Shown: piece after piece, positions 1 to 13,350 of the stretch | Numbering within the stretch: position 1 is the stretch's first letter | How the letters are laid out: the number at the start of each line of letters is the position of its first letter | Source of the DNA: Dimorphilus gyrociliatus | Taxonomy: Eukaryota > Animalia > Annelida | NCBI GenBank assembly: GCA_904063045.1 | Contig: CAJFCJ010000001.1 | Location: 1,612,001 to 1,676,000 of the forward strand | Direction: 5' to 3' | DNA: 64,000 nucleotides | Translations under genes and position numbers: made by a program | Notes under the pieces: model-generated | What the model saw: only the letters and a program-made list of their open reading frames with translations | Told to the model about the DNA's origin: nothing | Database searches by the model: none

Positions 1-1271
1 CTAGCAAGAGTTACATTAGCCCATGTGTGTAGAATTTCAGTTGGAGGTACGGGTAAACGATTCTAATAATTAATATGTTAAAAAATAAATAATGTATCTA
101 TGGTCCATTTACGTTTATCAGAATTCTACTAACAATTAAAGCTTTGATTCCCAAAGAAGACTCAAGAGCTGTTACAAGATTGGACAATCTTTGAGACTTG
201 CCAAAGCCAAGGTTGAAAATTTCTTTACAGCCTTTCGTCTTGTAGTCTATTGCTCCTATTATTCCTGATACAATATCATCTACATAGGTAAAATCTCTTG
301 CAAGAAACTTCCTTCCTTCAGCTTTAAACATAGGTATAGGCTTATGGTTCATCATCGACTCAGCAAATTTATACACAGCCATATCAGGACGGCCCCATGG
401 TCCGTACACAGTAAAAAATCGTAAATTAATAATAGATAATCCATATAAACGGCAATAATGTTCATTTAAAATTTCACCACTACGCTTTGAAGCAGCATAC
501 ATGTTACCCGGTCTATCCACATTATCTGACTCATCAAATGGTATTTTACCAAATTTTCCATAAACACTAGATGAGGATGCATGAATATATTTGATACTCT
601 GTAAAATCATATGAAAAAAATAGATAAAGAGAATTCATATGATTAAAATCTTAATATTCAAATTACCTTTCGTACTTTCAATTGATCTAATAAAATTTTT
701 AAACATTCGACATTTTGTCTAAGATATGAATGGGGATCTTTCAATGAATATCTCACTCCAGCTTGTGCGGATAGGTGAATAACATGTGTAAATTCGTATT
801 TATTAAATAGACTTCTTAAAAATTGTTTATTACAAACATCATCGTAGAAAATTTCGACTCCTAATTTATTAAGTTCGAAAGCCCTTGCCTTATGGAATGT
901 TTATTCAATTCAAAAGAGAGTCGTGATAGAAGATATTATTAATATATTTTATAAAAGTATAGTAAATTCCTACTTACCGCTTTAAGACTAACGTTATAAT
1001 AGCTATTAAAGTTATCTATACCAATTACTGAAATGTTATAATTCAAAGTTAATGTTCTTGCTAGATGAAAACCAATGAAGCCAGCGGCACCGGTTACTAA
1101 AATATGTTTCTTTGAACTACGTCCATACGTCTCTATTTTTAAATAGTTTGTAAAAAATTTAGCTAATTATTCACTGTGTGATTGATGTTAAATATATACA
1201 TAGTGACGAAACAATAGCTTACCTTTATAACCGGAAACTATAATAGCTAAGTATATATATTTTAGAATCAT
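1..1271 (-). CDS. UDP-glucuronate 4-epimerase-like (GAE/WcaG family, extended SDR); multi-exon, 3' end beyond window
   Basis: Spliced translation [16 protein letters not shown]|[25 protein letters not shown] (GxxGxxG), [25 protein letters not shown] (YxxxK), [16 protein letters not shown] and RDFTYVDDI, the GAE signature set. ATG at 1271; GT-AG introns near 1222, 978, 667 and 106. Confidence 0.85.
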
Positions 1272-1985
1272 TTTCCATTGATTATTATTGTATTGTATTG
1301 TGATATTTCATATTTAGTAAATTTGCATTCGAAACTTATTACTATGGGTACGAGTTGCTATATACCAATGGAAATTTTTCAATAAAATCTTTACTACCTT
1401 CTTCAAAACGTAGGCGCCACCGTTTCAGACTCTTTTTTTTCCTTGGTCTATATAAATATAATACAATAGAAGCTGAATATTCATCGCGTGAATTGTGTTG
1501 AATAGTATTAGAACACGATAGTCTGTCTCCACAGCAGACTCTTTTTTTTACAAATTATTAATTTCTCTTAACAATTTTCTTTCTATCAGTAAAAATTATT
1601 AATATTTAATATTTTTAATATTCTCTTAAATAACTTTAATACTTTAAAATTTCTCTTTAAGAACATTGATATTATAAACTGGTATGAGAAAAAGCTTAAA
1701 AGGGTATAATTATCATGGACAGAACGGATTTTATTAAGTCAATTTGTATGATTCTGACAACGCTTTTGGAAAGGTTTACTTTATTGATTTAACATCGCAT
1801 TTGTTTCTTTTCCTTCAAGTTTTCATTATTTAGTCTATGTTGAGTTTGGCTAAACGAATATTGTAATAGTATAAACAGCATGTCATGTCTTGTATGAACA
1901 ATAATTTATTGTGTGATCCTTTATTCAAGATTTTACAATAAATTTTAAAAGTTTTAAATTATGTTAATGAAAATGTTTGTTTTTT

Positions 1986-2229
1986 TTAATCCGATTTATA
2001 TTTCAGACTGTAGATTGGTACATATTGCATGACGGCCTTCCACTCTGTTCCATATCCTACAAGAATCGCAAGTCCTGCTCCGAAAGTCATACTAGTTCCT
2101 GCCCTATTAAACATAAGATGGAAATTGAAAAATAAGATTAATTCAAAAACATTATTTTTTTTACCAATTTTGAGCTAGCTGTCTATATCTAGGACCAGTA
2201 AGTATTCTTGTTATCATATTTGATGGCAT
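1986..2229 (-). CDS. UQCR11: Cytochrome b-c1 complex subunit 10 (QCR10), 2 exons; absent from ORF track
   Basis: MPSNMITRILTGPRYRQLAQNW|AGTSMTFGAGLAILVGYGTEWKAVMQYVPIYSLKYKSD*. Matches the family pattern GPRYxxLxxNW...TDWxxxxxxVPY; the intron splits the Trp codon (TG|G). Confidence 0.85.
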
Positions 2230-2276
2230 TTTTCGCTATTTTCTATTCGACTTTTCAGACGACCTTTACCGACAAT

Positions 2277-2285
2277 ACCGGAAGT
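2277..2285. promoter_or_regulatory. ETS/GABP (NRF-2)-type site ACCGGAAGT about 50 bp upstream of the UQCR11 ATG
   Basis: Exact ACCGGAAGT. GABP sites are typical of respiratory-chain subunit promoters in animals; function here is inferred. Confidence 0.4.
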
Positions 2286-2674
2286 TCAACAAAGTAAATC
2301 TATTTTCGTATAAAAAAATATTTACAAATTATACATTTATGCAAATTCAGACTTAGTTCTTATAGAAATATTGCAAGAAAAAGATTAGTGAATATTGAGA
2401 GTTTATTACTTTAAATTATTTGGACCTTGACCTTTAAATTAGCAGCTTTTTAAAAGTGTTAAAGAAAAAAGGGCTATTTTTTATTTGATCGAGCATGAAA
2501 AATAGAGTTTATTAAATATATATATATATATAGAAACTACGAGTATACATTATAATATGCTTCTGAAAGTATTTTGATATATGTTCCTTACGACAAGAAC
2601 ACATACTAAAAGCTCTCTTAGTTTAAAGGTACTATTTTAGTGTTTTCTTTTTAATCGATTTCGACAGATCATGT

Positions 2675-3875
2675 TTACAATATTTTCTTTTTTCTATTGT
2701 AATAAAAGACCTGACAAGCTAACAGCATATTTAAACATGTAAGAGTACCGCTGACAGTTATTTTTAAGATGTCTCCTGTTTCAATAATATTTGTATAAAG
2801 CCTTCCTCCAGTTCTAAAAGTTAGAAGAAGGATAGTTGCACCAGACAATGCGCCACTACTAGAATTTTTATAGTTGCTATACGCTTGAGTTATCTATATT
2901 TATTATTGTTTAAAAAAAAATAAAAGAAATAGTTATTTCCCAAACTAGCAAAACAACAAAATAACAACTTACTCTGGAATAGACAAGCATGGGAGTTGTT
3001 ATAATTTGAAGAAATTGATGAACAACTAAAGGAACTATTGATGACATGAGTATTACATTCATTAATAAAATTCCTATTATTAAAATAAGGATAGAACCAA
3101 TCTTTTTCGTATAATACAGATATAAACTATTTATAAGTATTAGTTGCAAGCTCAGAAATACGTTTTCACCCCAAACGCTGCAAAAAGAAAGGAAAAAAAT
3201 CGTATTAATAACGTTCCGTATGTTTTTAATGAATAAAGTAAAATAGTTCAGAGTTCAGAATGTCTTGTCTCTTTATTAATTGTCTTAATCTTTAAAAAAG
3301 CAAGAAAAAATTCGCAAAGTCTTCTTTTAGTAATAAACTATAAAGAACAATCGAAATGTCAACGACCTTTCCCATGTGGTGTGCACATATTATATGTACT
3401 ATACGTAAATGAATGCCCGGAAATATCACCCATACTCGTTTTTACCTAAAAGGATGCCGTTTGAAAATCGAATAGGAAACAGTCCAGCACGAAGTTAAAA
3501 GAGCTAAGAAAATAAAATGAAAATGAATGCCATTAACGCTTTTCTTTTTCAATATATTGATAATTTGAGGTAGAGCAGCTGAAAGATTAGTATACAGAGA
3601 ATATAATAAGAGGTATAATTTGATGAAGATGCATTATAATGTAACTCGGCTTACCAAATAAAGATGTTGATAGAATGACTGAATAACCAATCATTTTACT
3701 TGATATTAACAATAGATTTTCAACTGATGGATAAGATATAAATAGATTAGTTAACCAACGAATCTATAAATTATATAGCTTATATATATATATATATATA
3801 AATACTATGTGTATATAATATAATACCGTCGAAAGATCCTAGAGTTTCAGATAGAAAATCCTTGCTTTTTATCAT
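2675..3875 (-). CDS. MPDU1: PQ-loop protein, mannose-P-dolichol utilization defect 1 (SLC66A5)-like, 5 exons
   Basis: Exons give LISSKMIGYSVIL, ALPQIINILKKKSVNGI, HPFSVWGENVFL, TQAYSNYKNSSSGALS and RLYTNIIETGDIL...LACQVFYY*, colinear with MPDU1 (LPQ, WGE, NYxxxxxGxLS, ETGD motifs). Confidence 0.8.
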
Positions 3876-4020
3876 ATTTTCTTTAATCATATTTTACGAA
3901 TTATTTTGAAATGACAAAGGTCAATTACAAGTTATAACTTTTCTATTTGTAAGAAAGACGCCACCTATAGATAAATTATAATAACAATTGAAGATAAATC
4001 AAAATCAAGATAAGAAAATC

Positions 4021-4024
<4 letters not shown>

Positions 4025-4058
<34 letters not shown>
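4025..4058. repeat. (TA)n microsatellite
   Basis: Pure TA run directly visible. Confidence 0.95.
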
Positions 4059-4060
<2 letters not shown>

Positions 4061-4780
4061 TATATTTAATTTGATTTGCAAAGGATATCGCAAGCTGCAA
4101 TATGCATACATACGTATATATTGTACAGTCATTTATATGAACTCGACGATTTTAAGTATATTCTATATGCTTTACTGTAATTTCTAATAAAAATATGACT
4201 GTAAATGACAAGCAGACAATTTAGTATTAATACATTATGGTTGTCATGTATTCCATACCACATGTATTCTAGTGTCTAATTGTAAGAGTGGCGTATTTAA
4301 AAGTCTTTGAGAGGATCCTCATTTCCTTTAGGTTGTAGAAGAGATTGTGTCTAGAGAAATTAGATTCTGAGCTATAACTTTCTAAAGTAGTCTTCAGCTA
4401 ATATATAACATTCAGATGGGTAATTAAGTGCACTTGTTCCCAGGTAATCTCTGAAAAAGAGAGGTATAATATAAAATATAATTCCTAATTCAAAGCGTTG
4501 ATTGGTCCATATCAAAAGAATTTACCTATAGATTCTGATTGACAATATTTTTTATTCTATATCCATTCGAATGTTAAGAAAATTATTTGATAAAATTCTA
4601 TGATGTATTTGTGCTGTTCTCTTTTTTGCATTTCTATCCTATACATCTAAAGAATATATAAAATATGTCCTCGTTGTGGGATAAACTTTTCCTTTTATTT
4701 GTCTTTGAAAGAGATAACTCATAAACAAAATAAAAATATTAACCTCATTCCATAGATACGGAGACATTTAATCATCCTAT

Positions 4781-5609
4781 TTATTCAATGCAGTTTACAG
4801 GTTTATAGTGCAGACTTAAAATATCTTTCTAACTAATAATCAATTTTCGCTTGTTAGGTTTTAGGTACCATTTATACCTACCCTAATTTAGTCAATAATC
4901 ACGTAATTATATATCATTTTCTTACCTTTTTAACTTTTGTTCCTTCACTCTGTCTCCTTAATTTCGGATTGGAACCCTTATTCGGTGTCAGTCTTAGATT
5001 TGGAGTAGATTTTGTTGTAGGATTTAATTCCTCTTGTTCCGTTTCGTTAATAGTTTCTTTGGGTGTTTCGTCAACTTTCTAAAAATAGATTAATAACGAA
5101 ATAGTAAATATTATGATTTCGTTGTTAAAGTTTAAAAATATAGTTAATAATGTAAATATTTCCAAGGAAAAGAAAAGAAAGACATTTTCAATCCTAATTA
5201 GGTTTTTATTTTGAGAAAACGTTTAAAAGGAAAAAAGATTTTCAAGCCATTGATAAAATAGAACTGATAAGAAAAATTGAAAAACAAGTAAACGATTCAA
5301 AATTTGTAGACAACATAAAGAGAAAATAATCAGCTCTATATAAAATATTGAATATAGCAAAAGAAATTTCGTTGTGTTGAATTTTGCAGTTGAAATTCAG
5401 TTTTTTACCTCTTGTTTATCGTTTCTCTTAAATCCTTTTTCTATATCTGCCAAAGGACTATCGTATTGAGTCAGATCGGCAGCAACAATATCAGTTTTTT
5501 CATTTTCTTTTTCGTCGTTTTTGTCCGGTTTTTTAATGCCAATATCAGCTAAAGCCGAATTTAGTGGGTTAGTGTATAGAGTTAAATCAGCCGCAATCAT
5601 TTCATCCAT
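4781..5609 (-). CDS. Unassigned low-complexity protein of about 130 aa, probably 3 exons, with an internal AADLTxYxxPLxxI repeat
   Basis: Exon 1 MDEMIAADLTLY...DKQE|gtaaaa; exon 2 KVDETPKE...GTKVKK|gtaag (about 4926-5078); probable exon 3 KDILSLHYKPVNCIE*. The 3' end is uncertain. Confidence 0.55.
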
Positions 5610-6511
5610 TTTGTAACTTTGACAATTTTCCTTATGTACTTCTAATGAGGAAGGAAGCTGTACCTTTAGTCAGCTTTAGACGGCTAGAGCTCAATATCTG
5701 CCGAGTTTTTATGCTCACCTCTAGTTTATGTATTCGAAAATCGATGAGCTGACGTCAAGGAATAATTTGGAGTCTGTCTTTGATGGTTTCCATCACGCGC
5801 TGCTGAGGCTGTTTGGTTAATTGGAATTCCTAGTTCTCTCTTTTACCTTCAATAGATTAGTTCGTTAAATTTTTTAAAGTAACCATAACCAAGTGACAAT
5901 CCAAAAGCAAAATATGCTTCATTTTCACCGCAACTACTTTTAAAAAAAAGGGAAAGCGTATGTAGACGTTTGCATCGCTTATTGTTTATGTCAATATATT
6001 GCTTGGAAACACGTACGATATATATATATCTATATATATAAAATATATAAGCCTATATGGAAACATTAACATCATGCCCCCAGGTTTATTATAATAAATG
6101 GTATTAAAGTAAGACACTTACCTGCCTCTACGGCGCCCTCTGTAAAATTAACAAACTCGTTTTTTTATTGCTTCTCCATTACAACAGCAGAAAATTTTTG
6201 CCAATATTCGATTGTATGTTACATATGAGCTTCATTAGATTTTACGTTGACTACAATTAATTAGCTTATATTACGTAGTAAACTTAATTGGTATTTGCTC
6301 AAATCTTATTGAAGGTAATTAATCTTTTGCGACTTGAAAATGAGATTTTACCTGATTTAAGCAACTGTCAGTCTATATTGCAAGAAAATTTTAATTTTCG
6401 CGCCGAATGTTTAACAGTTTTCATTTGGGAGAAGTTATTTTTTTCTTTCGATTGTGCTGCAATAATTTTTAAGAAATAGACCAATTAGGAAACTTTATCG
6501 CGACATTAAGT

Positions 6512-7830
6512 ATGAATCCAAATCGCGTATTGTCAATATTTAGACAATTTAACAATTCATTAGTAAGTAAATTGAAACTTTTTAATATTAGAATTATGTG
6601 ACTATTGCCGGTATTTTCATTGAATATCGTTCAATGACCTTTAAATCTTTTCTTAAAGACTCTACTACATAGAAAGCAATCCAACACAATAAATACAATT
6701 CGAAGATATACAAATGAGTATGCTAACTTGCCCAAACGAAAAGTTCCAGGAAAAGGAAAAGGGGTTTGTTGCCTTTCACTTTTAAAATTCATGTAGCTAT
6801 TCCTGAGAAGATAGAGTGAAGAGCAGAAAAAAACTTATTTCAATGCTCTTTTGGCATAACAATACAAGTATATAATGTACAAAATTCATTAATTTGCAAA
6901 GTATCCATAAAAAATAAAAGAACTGTTTAATTTTAACAGCCTTTCACTTGGAAATCAGCCGCATTCACAGCTGCACTGGGAGGAACTCTATTAGGTGGAT
7001 TCTTGTACGTAAAGAGAGAAAAGCAACTAAGTTAGTAGACCTATTTTAGTGCATTTGCTTTTTCTTTAGTTTAATTAAAATAATCCTATTTTTATAGTGC
7101 TTGAAAAAAAGAGGACAAAATCTCTAGGAAAGGCTGCTCTTGGCGGTCCTTTTAATCTAATTGATCATAATGGAGAACCAAAAAAAAATACTGATTTTTA
7201 CGGTCAATGGATATTGTTATATTTTGGTTTTACTCATTGTCCTGACGTTTGTCCCGATGAACTTGAAAAAATGGTCAAAGTCGTTGATGATATAGGTTAT
7301 ATCTAAACTGTATTAATTATAAAGTAAACCCTCATTTTGACAAAAAAACATTCATTAGATAAAGAAAAAGGATATCCAAATGTTAAGCCTTTGTTTATTA
7401 CCGTCGATCCTGAAAGAGATACTAAGGAAGCTATTAAGAGCTACCTATTAGGTAAAAGTAGTCTTATAAGCTATTCTGTCCAATATATAAAATTATTTTT
7501 TTATCCAACTAGAATTTTCGCCTAAAATTCTCGGTCTAACTGGAACTCAGGAGCAGATCGCTGAAGCTTCGAGAGCTTACAGAGTCTATTTCAGTGTTGG
7601 TCCCAAGGATGAAGATAACGATTATATCGTGAGAATGATGAAATCTATTCTTTAATTAAGCAGTTAATTTAATTTTCATGTTTTTCTGACAGGTTGACCA
7701 CACAATAATCATGTACTTAGTTAATCCGGAAGGAGAGTTTGTTGACTATTACGGCCAGAATAAGACTGCTGATGAAGTAAAGAGTTCAATAGCACTTCAT
7801 ATGATTAAGTATCAAAACTACACAAAATAA
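6512..7830 (+). CDS. SCO1: Cytochrome c oxidase copper chaperone SCO1/2, multi-exon
   Basis: [28 protein letters not shown] (CxxxC), [14 protein letters not shown] and [12 protein letters not shown] (copper-binding His); canonical GT-AG introns. Confidence 0.95.
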
Positions 7831-10492
7831 GACATTTTTCGTTTTTTTTCTTCTAACTTTGGATATTCTAATTGAGAATAGTTGAATTTTAATACAAATT
7901 TCAACATGTTATAATATTGTCTCAAAATGAATGGCTTTTGTTTTTCGTAAAAATTGCACGTAACTCCCTTTTAAAAACGTAATTTATCATCCTAGTTTAT
8001 TGATACGGTACTATCATATGGAACAAGGTTAAATGAGATACTAACGAGTGAATTTTATTTTACTTTGCATCTCTATAAACCTCAAAGATGAGGCAAACAT
8101 TGGATAACTGTTGGTATTAATCATTTCTATTTAACGTATGAAAGTAAAATTGCAAAAGCGATATTAGTCCGATTAAATATTATCGAAATAATTGAGAAAG
8201 GCATTTTTAGTTTAAAAAGTGGGAAAATAAAGTAATCCATTACAAGCTCTCTATCTTTTTCTCTCTCGTCCTATTTATTTAAAAGAGAAAGAATAAAACG
8301 CACATGTAACATAGAAACGTGAAATCAATTTTCGATTGGCTCTCTTGTAGAACAAATGTCAAAGGCGAGGAGGAAGTTTTTAATAAACTTTAATGTTAAA
8401 AGATTTAATTGTTTTGGAATTACAAGCGAAAGCTATTCAAAGCTGTACTTTCCTCTGGATTAAGTCAAAGAAATTGCAGTAGATAACGTTAATCGATCAA
8501 CAAACTCTAAAAAATTCCCAACAGAATTCTTTTTTTCGTAGTTGAAAGTTTCTACAATTGCACATTAAATGAAAGAGAAAGAGTCGTTTACTTTAGAAAA
8601 AGTATCTTAGAAAGCATCAATCAGTAGTCTTTTAACATTATATGCCTTGGTATAAAGATAAGAGAGATCACAGGAAAAAAGTCAATATAAAGTGGACCAG
8701 CTATCGCACAAGTTTTCAGGCAATGAGCGGTACGATCTCCTATTATTTTTGTCATTCGTCGGAAACGAAGGAGATGGCTTTCATCAACCTGAGGAATTCC
8801 TTTCATCTTTCATTAACTATACAGGGTTTTATGGCTTAAAAAATATTGTAATTTCTACAACATAGGCAGTAATTATTGAAAGAAAATGACGTCAAAGATT
8901 AAAGTGCATCACTCCTTTTAAGATTGAAATTACATGAAAATTTTCACTAGCTTAAAACGAAAATAGCATAGGTCATTAGCCTGCAATTGAATTATTTTTG
9001 CGATAGTTTATAAAGTAATAGTCTACATATTTTTCAAATGAAGAAGAAGAAGATAGGGAAGAACTTTTTCTTGACGTTAATCAAAACTTAAAAATACAAG
9101 ATTTTATAAAGCAAGAATATTCGATAGCAATAAAATAATATACAAAGAATACCGCATCTGGTAGAATCTTAAGCGCGCAAGTAAATAAATCAGCCACTGG
9201 ATAGCACATTATTCAAATCTGGTACCAATTCTTTCTCTATATATTTTCTTAAAAGAAACAAAATTGAAGGTAAAGAAAAATCAAATATTTATAAATATGA
9301 AAAATATCAATTATTAAGATAATAGAATAATCGGTAAACAAAGAAGATGATGAGATTTTATCCTTTCTATATAAAATATTAGTGAATATTTACAAGATAA
9401 AAAAGAACACATTAAAGATAATTTATGCATACAAACATTATTTTAAATAGATAATAGATATGATATTTATTTTAATTTAATATAGTCAGGATTATTTTCC
9501 TTTTTAAATACATTGAATATACTAAATATATACAGTATATATAAATACAGAATATATACAGTATATTATTAAATATATATAAATTTATATACAGTATATA
9601 TGATTTTATTATTCTTATTATTAAAACAACAGGATTATGACACTTTTCCACAACACCTTGTTGTTAACACAGGCCTAAGAAAAATGTAACCAACACGAAC
9701 CAAAATTTTATAGAGAGACGATCGCATTTGGCGCGTGAATTTTTCTTTTTTTTTCCTTGTTTTTAGAAAAAAAAAAATTCAACTTTTTTTTTTTTTTGGT
9801 TATAGACAATATTTTTCTACTAAAAACAATCTCTAAGAAAACGCACTTCAAGCAACAGAGCTATTATATCTGTTGCTAAGTTTCTGTCATGCTCTTCGCC
9901 TATTTATAACCAGAGTATAGGTCTACAAATCTCCAAATTCAGTTTTCCTGAAAAGCGACGAGAAAAGCGTTAATTTATGCAAATTAAAAAACTAAAAAAT
10001 ACATAATTAGGAATGGAATATTTTTTTTCTTTTTGTTTTTTTTTTTGTTTTTTAGAACAATATATGAAGAAGACGGGAGAAGAGTTCTGGTTGATTTGTA
10101 CATTTTTTTTTGACGGCTGTCGGCTCTTTTTTTTTTGTTAATAGAAAAAATAAAAAGAAAAGAAATAATAATTAAAAGAAGAGGATACTTTTTCTTTTAA
10201 AATGTTAATTAAGCAAAAGCAATCAGTTTAGTAAGACTATTAAAAAAGTTTTTTGTGCGAGACATGCATGTAATGCAGAATCAAGATGGCGCCGTGCGCG
10301 GGTTTCTTATAGTATGTAACAACAAGGAAATAACCTAACCGTGTAAAAATAAATAATAAATAGTACTTCAGCTAACTTCATTATGCAGACCATCTATAAA
10401 TAAGAAAATGAAAAGAGGAATGTTTATATAAAAATGTTGAAAAAAATTGTGTTTTTATCAGAGAGCGGAAGAGATTAGAATAAGAATATCGG

Positions 10493-13350
10493 TCAGATGT
10501 CAAAACGAGGCTTACACCGTGTTATTTCCACAACTTTTCCAGATGGTAGGGTTGTTCTTCGAACAATCGGGGTGGTTGGCCTTATGATGATGTCTGTACA
10601 TTTGCACGTTCTATACGCCTAAAAGATATCAAAACAACATATTATTTCATGATTATAGGAGAATATTGGAAAAAAAAGTGTTTCTTTTTGTTTTGGCTAC
10701 TAGTCTGTAACTACTTCATACAGTTTTAATGAGAACTGGTGAGAATTTGTTTTCTTTTCCTCAATTATATCCTACGATAGTCCTTTAAGAGCATTTTGTG
10801 GCTCCAAAAATTCAATTTACCGAAAATTAGATGTATTTTCTGGATTTTTTTTTTGTGTTTGATTGAGTAGCATACTGATATTCTGGAATTTAGCAGTTTA
10901 TCGAAAGAAAATTAAGGTTATCATTGCATTCCTCTAGGTCTTATTATTTTGTAGGGCTAATTTTTATACGTTATTAAAAAGATATAGTTATAGGCCTTTG
11001 AAAGGAAGAGAAGAGTTTAAAGATAAATAATACCTTGTAGCACGGAGCACTAAATGTCCAGCATAAGAAGAAAATATGCCATAGAGTGGTACAATCGAAG
11101 CAAGCGGTAGGCTTGGAGTAATTAGTAATGAAAAGCCTAGCTTTATGCGGTTTCAAATTACCAAGAGTACAGCAACCTTTTGGATAAGTCGTTCTTAGCC
11201 ATTGGTCGATAGCAGGTCCAAAGTCCAACTTTTATTTGTTTAATGGTTATAAGAATATTAATATAATTATTCATCAGATGGCGCTGTATATTACTTATAA
11301 ATTATTAAATACCTGTATACAAACTTTTCCTCTAGCTTGTAAAATTCTCCTAGCTCTCTCTAAAGCCTCTTCCAATTCGGGTCTTATCATCGGATGGGAA
11401 GTATCAACTAGTAAGGCTAAATCCCCTAAAAAGAAGTACTTAATTTCAACTATCAATCTTCATTGATATCGTATTGAATATAAATATTTAAACCTATTTA
11501 GATTAGACCTTCTAAAGCACTATACTTGTGGGGATTACAAGCAGATGAAAATATTTGAAATATTCTTCAACTTAAGAAGAAAACAACGTATGTAAAATAT
11601 TAAAAAAATTTGAAGCTAACAAATTGCTGCTTATTTATTTTTATGTCTTTTCTTTTGATTCTTATATACTTTAACTATTTAAAGTATTATTGAGCAGATT
11701 TATAAATATTTATATATCAATAATAAACCTAATCAAGTCTAATTTAAACATTTTCTTTTCAATTAAAATACAAAGTGTTAGCATAATTTATACTAACCTT
11801 CGAATTTTTGATCGTTAGCAGGTACATTTTGTTGTTCGAATTGAGCGTGAACCCTGAGAAGAAGAGGCATACCGAGCAGTTCTTCCTGAATGGAATCCAA
11901 ATCTTCCACCGTTCTTATATTGATTTGGCTGAGGATTTTTAAATATTTTTTTTATAAAAAAATATTTTTTACTGGTTATAATTTAGAAGGTAATTTATAT
12001 CATGTGTATATATAAAAAAGAGATTTTTTTATGGACAGACAGGGAGGGAGCGGGGGGGTAGGTGGAGCGAGGGATGAGAATTTAGTAGGGATTAGGGAAG
12101 AGGGAGTAAGAGTGTAGATGCGATTGCAATGATGTATAGATTAAAATTGTTGGAAATTATTATCTCTTTTTACTATTTTCCCCAAAAAATAAAGCCGAAA
12201 AAAAGTTTCTCTCTATCTGATCTGATAAGCGTCGAAAATGGCATCTATCTCTCAAGTTGTTTATGAATGAAAGTCATAGATTTGTGTTGTTTACGATTCG
12301 ACCTTAGACAGATGGGGCATCTGGCAAGTAAATTGGCATATTTTTCTTCAATCAGGAACGATTCTTATCAGTAAAAGTTTCTACGCAAATTTCCTTATTT
12401 AATAAATGATTTTTTAATTTAAAAAAGAAGAAAAGTAATGAAAACATATAGAAAGAAATAAGAAATTTCATTAAAAAAGTAAAAGTGCAAAATAAAAAAA
12501 TCACTTTGTCAAATATTAACAACAAAGTGGGAAAAAGTCAATGGAAATCAACAGCTTTGACCTTTACAATTAACGAAAATATTGGCTTCAGTTCGCTTTG
12601 CAAAAATGTAAGGAATTTTCTTTTAGATTTATACACACAACCTCCTCTATAAATATACATTGGGCACAATAGTGCAATAAAAAGTAAAAAAAATAAAAGA
12701 TTAGGCCCAAAGATATACAAAAAAGAGAGAGAAAAAAGAAAGAAAGAAAGAAAGAGGGAGAGAGAGAGAGAGGGATAGGGAAAGGGAGGGGGAAATAAAG
12801 ACAGAAAGATTACTTGTCAAGTATTGCATTGACATTGCTTTTCACTTGTTATTCAACTTATCCTTTAATGCTTTAAGTACTTGAAGAATTTTATTTATCT
12901 TTCAACGAGCTATTTAGATGTTAAAGGGAAAATAAAAGGTAAGGTAGATAGTTGTTATGTCAGTTGTGGGAGGAGGGAGTGATAAACTAACGGATAGATA
13001 AAAAGAAAATCAGGAAGAAGTTTCTTTTTTGTTTCTTTATTCAAATGATAAACTTTTGAATAAGGAAAAACTCGTACTTTGTTATTTGATTACAGTTGAA
13101 AGTAAAAATGAAGAGGAATTCTGATTTAGAATTTAGCAAAAGAAACAAACTTAATCATTCCATTCTTTGTTCCCATAACTTTTACTTTATTCGGATCGTA
13201 ATCGAGCCTTCTTGGTTTGGGTGAAAATAATCCATACATAACAGCTGGGTTACTCATTAAGTCGCTCCAAAAGCAGACAGTTAAAGGCTTAATTTCACTG
13301 TCATCTCCCTTCGAACGTACTTTAACTAGATCACGGGCTAAGGACAACAT
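10493..13350 (-). CDS. Unassigned 269-aa protein with Cys-rich C-terminal half, 6 exons
   Basis: Exons 13350-13151, 11928-11798, 11570-11526, 11425-11313, 11228-11034 and 10618-10493 join through GT-AG sites with matching phases into 810 nt ending in TGA. An additional 5' exon is possible. Confidence 0.7.

Noticed and set aside
1424-1550. Direct repeat cagactcttttttt with an agtctg/cagact hairpin before a T-run, like a Pol III or terminator element
   Set aside because: The stem is only 6 bp, no A/B box or known small-RNA motif is seen, and poly-T runs are ubiquitous here.
8600-8870. Several overlapping 60-65-codon open frames with higher GC
   Set aside because: No motif recognised and no phase-consistent splice chain could be built.
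12042-12058. G-quadruplex-capable GGGAGGGAGCGGGGGGG in an intron
   Set aside because: Part of a purine-rich low-complexity tract, with no functional context.
13126-13350. ORF segment PKPRRLDYDPNKVKVMGTKNGMIK resembling the first WD40 of Lgl/tomosyn
   Set aside because: The downstream exons show no WD40 repeats and the spliced protein is only 269 aa; treated as superficial similarity.
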